Source: Histomonas meleagridis 2922-C6/04-290x (lineage: Eukaryota > Protista > Parabasalia). Taken from it: a stretch of 64,000 nt of DNA. Below are positions 61,497 through 64,000 of the stretch, in pieces (positions within the stretch are counted from its first letter, which is position 1; every line of letters starts with the position of its first letter). Both the position numbers and the translations under genes were made by a program. The stretch spans positions 186,001 to 250,000 of the forward strand of contig JAANOX010000273.1 of assembly GCA_020184695.1 (NCBI GenBank). Reading direction: 5' to 3'. A model generated the notes under the pieces. It made no database searches, was not told the origin of the DNA, and saw only the letters and a program-made list of their open reading frames with translations.

Positions 61497-62540
61497 TTGT
61501 GTCACTTTTGGTGTCACTTTTGTGTAAATTTTCATATCACATGTCTGTGTCACTTTTATATAAACATTTCACATAACATTTCTGTTTTTCATTTTCACAT
61601 GTCGTTTCCGAAAAATCATTTCATATCACATGTCTTTTCATTTCATATCACATGTCTTTTCATTTCATATAACATGTCAGTTGATGTCAAATTAACGTTC
61701 GTTAGTGATACGTTTACGAAAAATTAACTGACGGAGAAAATGACGGTTGATGAATTCGAACAACCGCTGAAAAAGTGAATTGTGAAAAATATACTTTTTT
61801 TAACGGTTTTCAAAAAAATTTTCTTAACGGTTTTCTGTTTGATTTTTGGTATAAATTAACGGACGGAGAAAATGACGGTTGATGAATTTTAACGGTCGAG
61901 TAATTGTTGTAAAATGTGTTGTAAAAAATATTCGAATAGATAAAGAAAAATATCTACGATGAATGGCAAATGTAAAATTTTTTGAATTGACATTGAATTT
62001 AGTGGCAAAACGATTAATAATTGAATGAGTACTGAAAAATTGGCGGGCAAAATGATTTGAATGAGTTCTGAAAAAGTTAATTTTGCATTGAAATCTTAAA
62101 ACGCGTGTTTCTCCACACAGGAGCATTTTTTTTTCAATGACGTAAAAAGTAAAGTATTGAATTATTTTACAATGAAAAAAATTTAGGTGGTAATTGAACG
62201 TTAAGGATGAAAAATTGGCGGGCAAAAATGATATTTGAATGAGTTCAGAAAACAAGATTTGAATGATGTTTTCAATTAGTGTCAAACGTAAAATTTTTTG
62301 AATTGACATTGAATTTAGTGGCAAACGTAAAAAATATTTTATGACGAAGTTTATGACGAAGGATAATGTGAACGTTAAGGATGAGTGTTAGAGTCGAACG
62401 TTAAGGGAAAATGAAATGTTATGTGAAATACAAGGAAGAGCAAAAAAAATGTTCAAAAATTAAATTCAATGGTGATGGGAATCGAACTTGAGGCGTTGAT
62501 AAAAAACGCTACGTAAGGGAATTGAACGTAAGGCGTTCAT
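61497..62540 (+). repeat. Modular non-coding repeats
   Basis: tttcatatcacatgtc several times (61530-61680); acggagaaaatgacggttgatgaatt x2; aaaaattggcgggcaaaa x2; aaattttttgaattgacattgaatttagtggcaaa x2; gaacgttaagg x3. Confidence 0.85.
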
Positions 62541-62614
62541 TGAAAAAGTGAAAAACTGACATTGAAATTTAAAAATTAAAATATCTCGTTATGTGATAGT
62601 TATTTTTATATAAT

Positions 62615-63211
62615 TTACATATCAAACGATTTCTTGTCGTTTGTAGTCTTCGCCTGAAGGCTCGATGCTCGCGTGTGCTCGCTTCCCGGGAAAGTTATTT
62701 TTAAGCCTTCAAACTCTTTTGAAAACGTGATATTTTCATTTCCAACGTAAGCATTTAATGATATAATTTTATTGTCAATTTCTTCTCGTTTCTCGACTAA
62801 TTCGTCAGTGATTCGTTTTACGATATCATTTCTGGCTTTCATAAATCTATTATTTAATTCTGCAGGAGCAATATTTACAAGTTTCTTTTCATTTGTTTTA
62901 GTAAGAATGTTATCGGTAAACTTTAAATTTACTGATTCAAGAAGTTTTAAATTCTTATCATAAAATTTAACGCCTACAAGAATATTATTATGAAGTATAG
63001 GTTTATTTGTTGGTTTATCTATCTTCACTGTTGTATTATGATTATATTTGAACTCAACGGCGGCGTAAGGCGTCTTGCCGGAGCAAGACTTGTCTTGCGA
63101 CTTAATTTTATATTCTGATATCAAATAATCTTGGAATGATTCGAGTCCTTGACTCTCAGAGAACGAACGGCTCTCTGAGCCTGAGCTCCTTTGGAGCGAA
63201 GTTCTTTCCAT
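62615..63211 (-). CDS. Hypothetical protein of the Maverick-like element (198 aa)
   Basis: Intact ORF divergent from the ATPase; no recognisable domain. Confidence 0.55.
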   Translation of the reverse strand: MERTSLQRSSGSESRSFSESQGLESFQDYLISEYKIKSQDKSCSGKTPYAAVEFKYNHNTTVKIDKPTNKPILHNNILVGVKFYDKNLKLLESVNLKFTDNILTKTNEKKLVNIAPAELNNRFMKARNDIVKRITDELVEKREEIDNKIISLNAYVGNENITFSKEFEGLKITFPGSEHTRASSLQAKTTNDKKSFDM

Positions 63212-63349
63212 TTATTAACGGTAAAAAATTTATTTTTATAAATAAAAAATAATGCGAAAAATTTCTTTAAAAGAGGTTGATAAAAAATTTGATGAGATAG
63301 AAGAATTGTTTGATAAATTAGAAAAACAAAACAAAGAAATTTTTAGAGA

Positions 63350-64000
63350 ATGCAAAAGATAAAACCAATACATGAAAAAAATTCTTATTTGCTCAAAAAC
63401 GGAATAACAGCTTTTATAGCGCCGATGGGTTCAGGCAAATCATATCTTTACGTTAAACTCGGAGCGAAACAAGAAGTATTATTTAACGAACCGTTTTTTG
63501 AATTAATAACTATTTGTAGTACATCCTCAAAAATTTGATGAAACAGTAAATACTTATAAGGAAGCAATAAAGAAAACGAAACTTGTTGCGATAAAAGATA
63601 CTGATTTGTTAGACTGGATTAATAAACATATACGGAGAATTATTACTATAATTCCATCATTAAATATATCAATTCTGATTTTTAAGAAAACGGAGGAAGA
63701 AGAAGAAAGATTATTTATGAAATATAATATGAATAACTCAGAGAAGTTATTAAAAAAAAAAAAAAAAAAGTTAGCGAAATATCAATGGAAAACTTATCCG
63801 CATAGATGTTTGTTGATATTAGATGATTTTGCTAATCATCCTTTGCTGAGGAGTAAAGAAACGGAGATGTCAAGATTATTGAAAAAACTCAGACACTTTA
63901 ACATTAACGTTATCATTTGCGTACAAACAACAAAAAGTATACCAAAAGATATAAAAAGAACTTTGTCAGATATTGTATTATTTAATGGAATTGGAAGTGA
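63350..64000 (+). pseudogene. A32-type DNA packaging ATPase (frameshift near 63535; runs off the window)
   Basis: FIAPMGSGKS Walker A; shifted frame gives CLLILDDF Walker B and KLRHFNINVIICVQ..KSIPKDIKR. Confidence 0.88.

Larger units (their letters stand above)
60265..64000. mobile_element. Maverick/Polinton-like element, left part; continues beyond the window
   Basis: (AC)6 at the junction, long modular non-coding repeats, HNH gene, hypothetical ORF and A32-type ATPase. Confidence 0.75.

Noticed and set aside
61824-62324. 166-aa minus-strand ORF
   Set aside because: Lies across modular non-coding repeats, has an F/I/N-biased composition and no motif

Overview
AT-rich eukaryotic DNA with intronless genes, most consistent with a parabasalid (trichomonad-type) protist. 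This is inferred from the mix of R2R3-Myb, BspA-like LRR, IS481EU-type, mariner and Maverick-like sequences. Intact host genes sit at the left edge (SDR, thymidylate kinase), in a TE-free island at about 27.4-38.6 kb (TBC-like, GINS Psf2, Myb, RI-type LRR, P-loop protein, Spb1) and at about 51.7-55.7 kb (HEAT-repeat protein, LisH protein). The rest is a nested graveyard of mobile and viral DNA. It includes a decayed Polinton-like/Maverick-related element at about 4.3-12 kb (minor-capsid-like gene split by a mariner, fibre-like gene, rve integrase, A32-type ATPase) and a second Maverick-like element from about 60.3 kb to the window end. It also holds an endogenous CRESS-DNA-virus Rep, an IS481EU-type element with a 15-bp TSD and internal hairpins, a tyrosine recombinase relic, and hAT, MULE, mariner, Tc1 and pogo-like relics. 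All assignments come from reading motifs by eye; no database searches were run.
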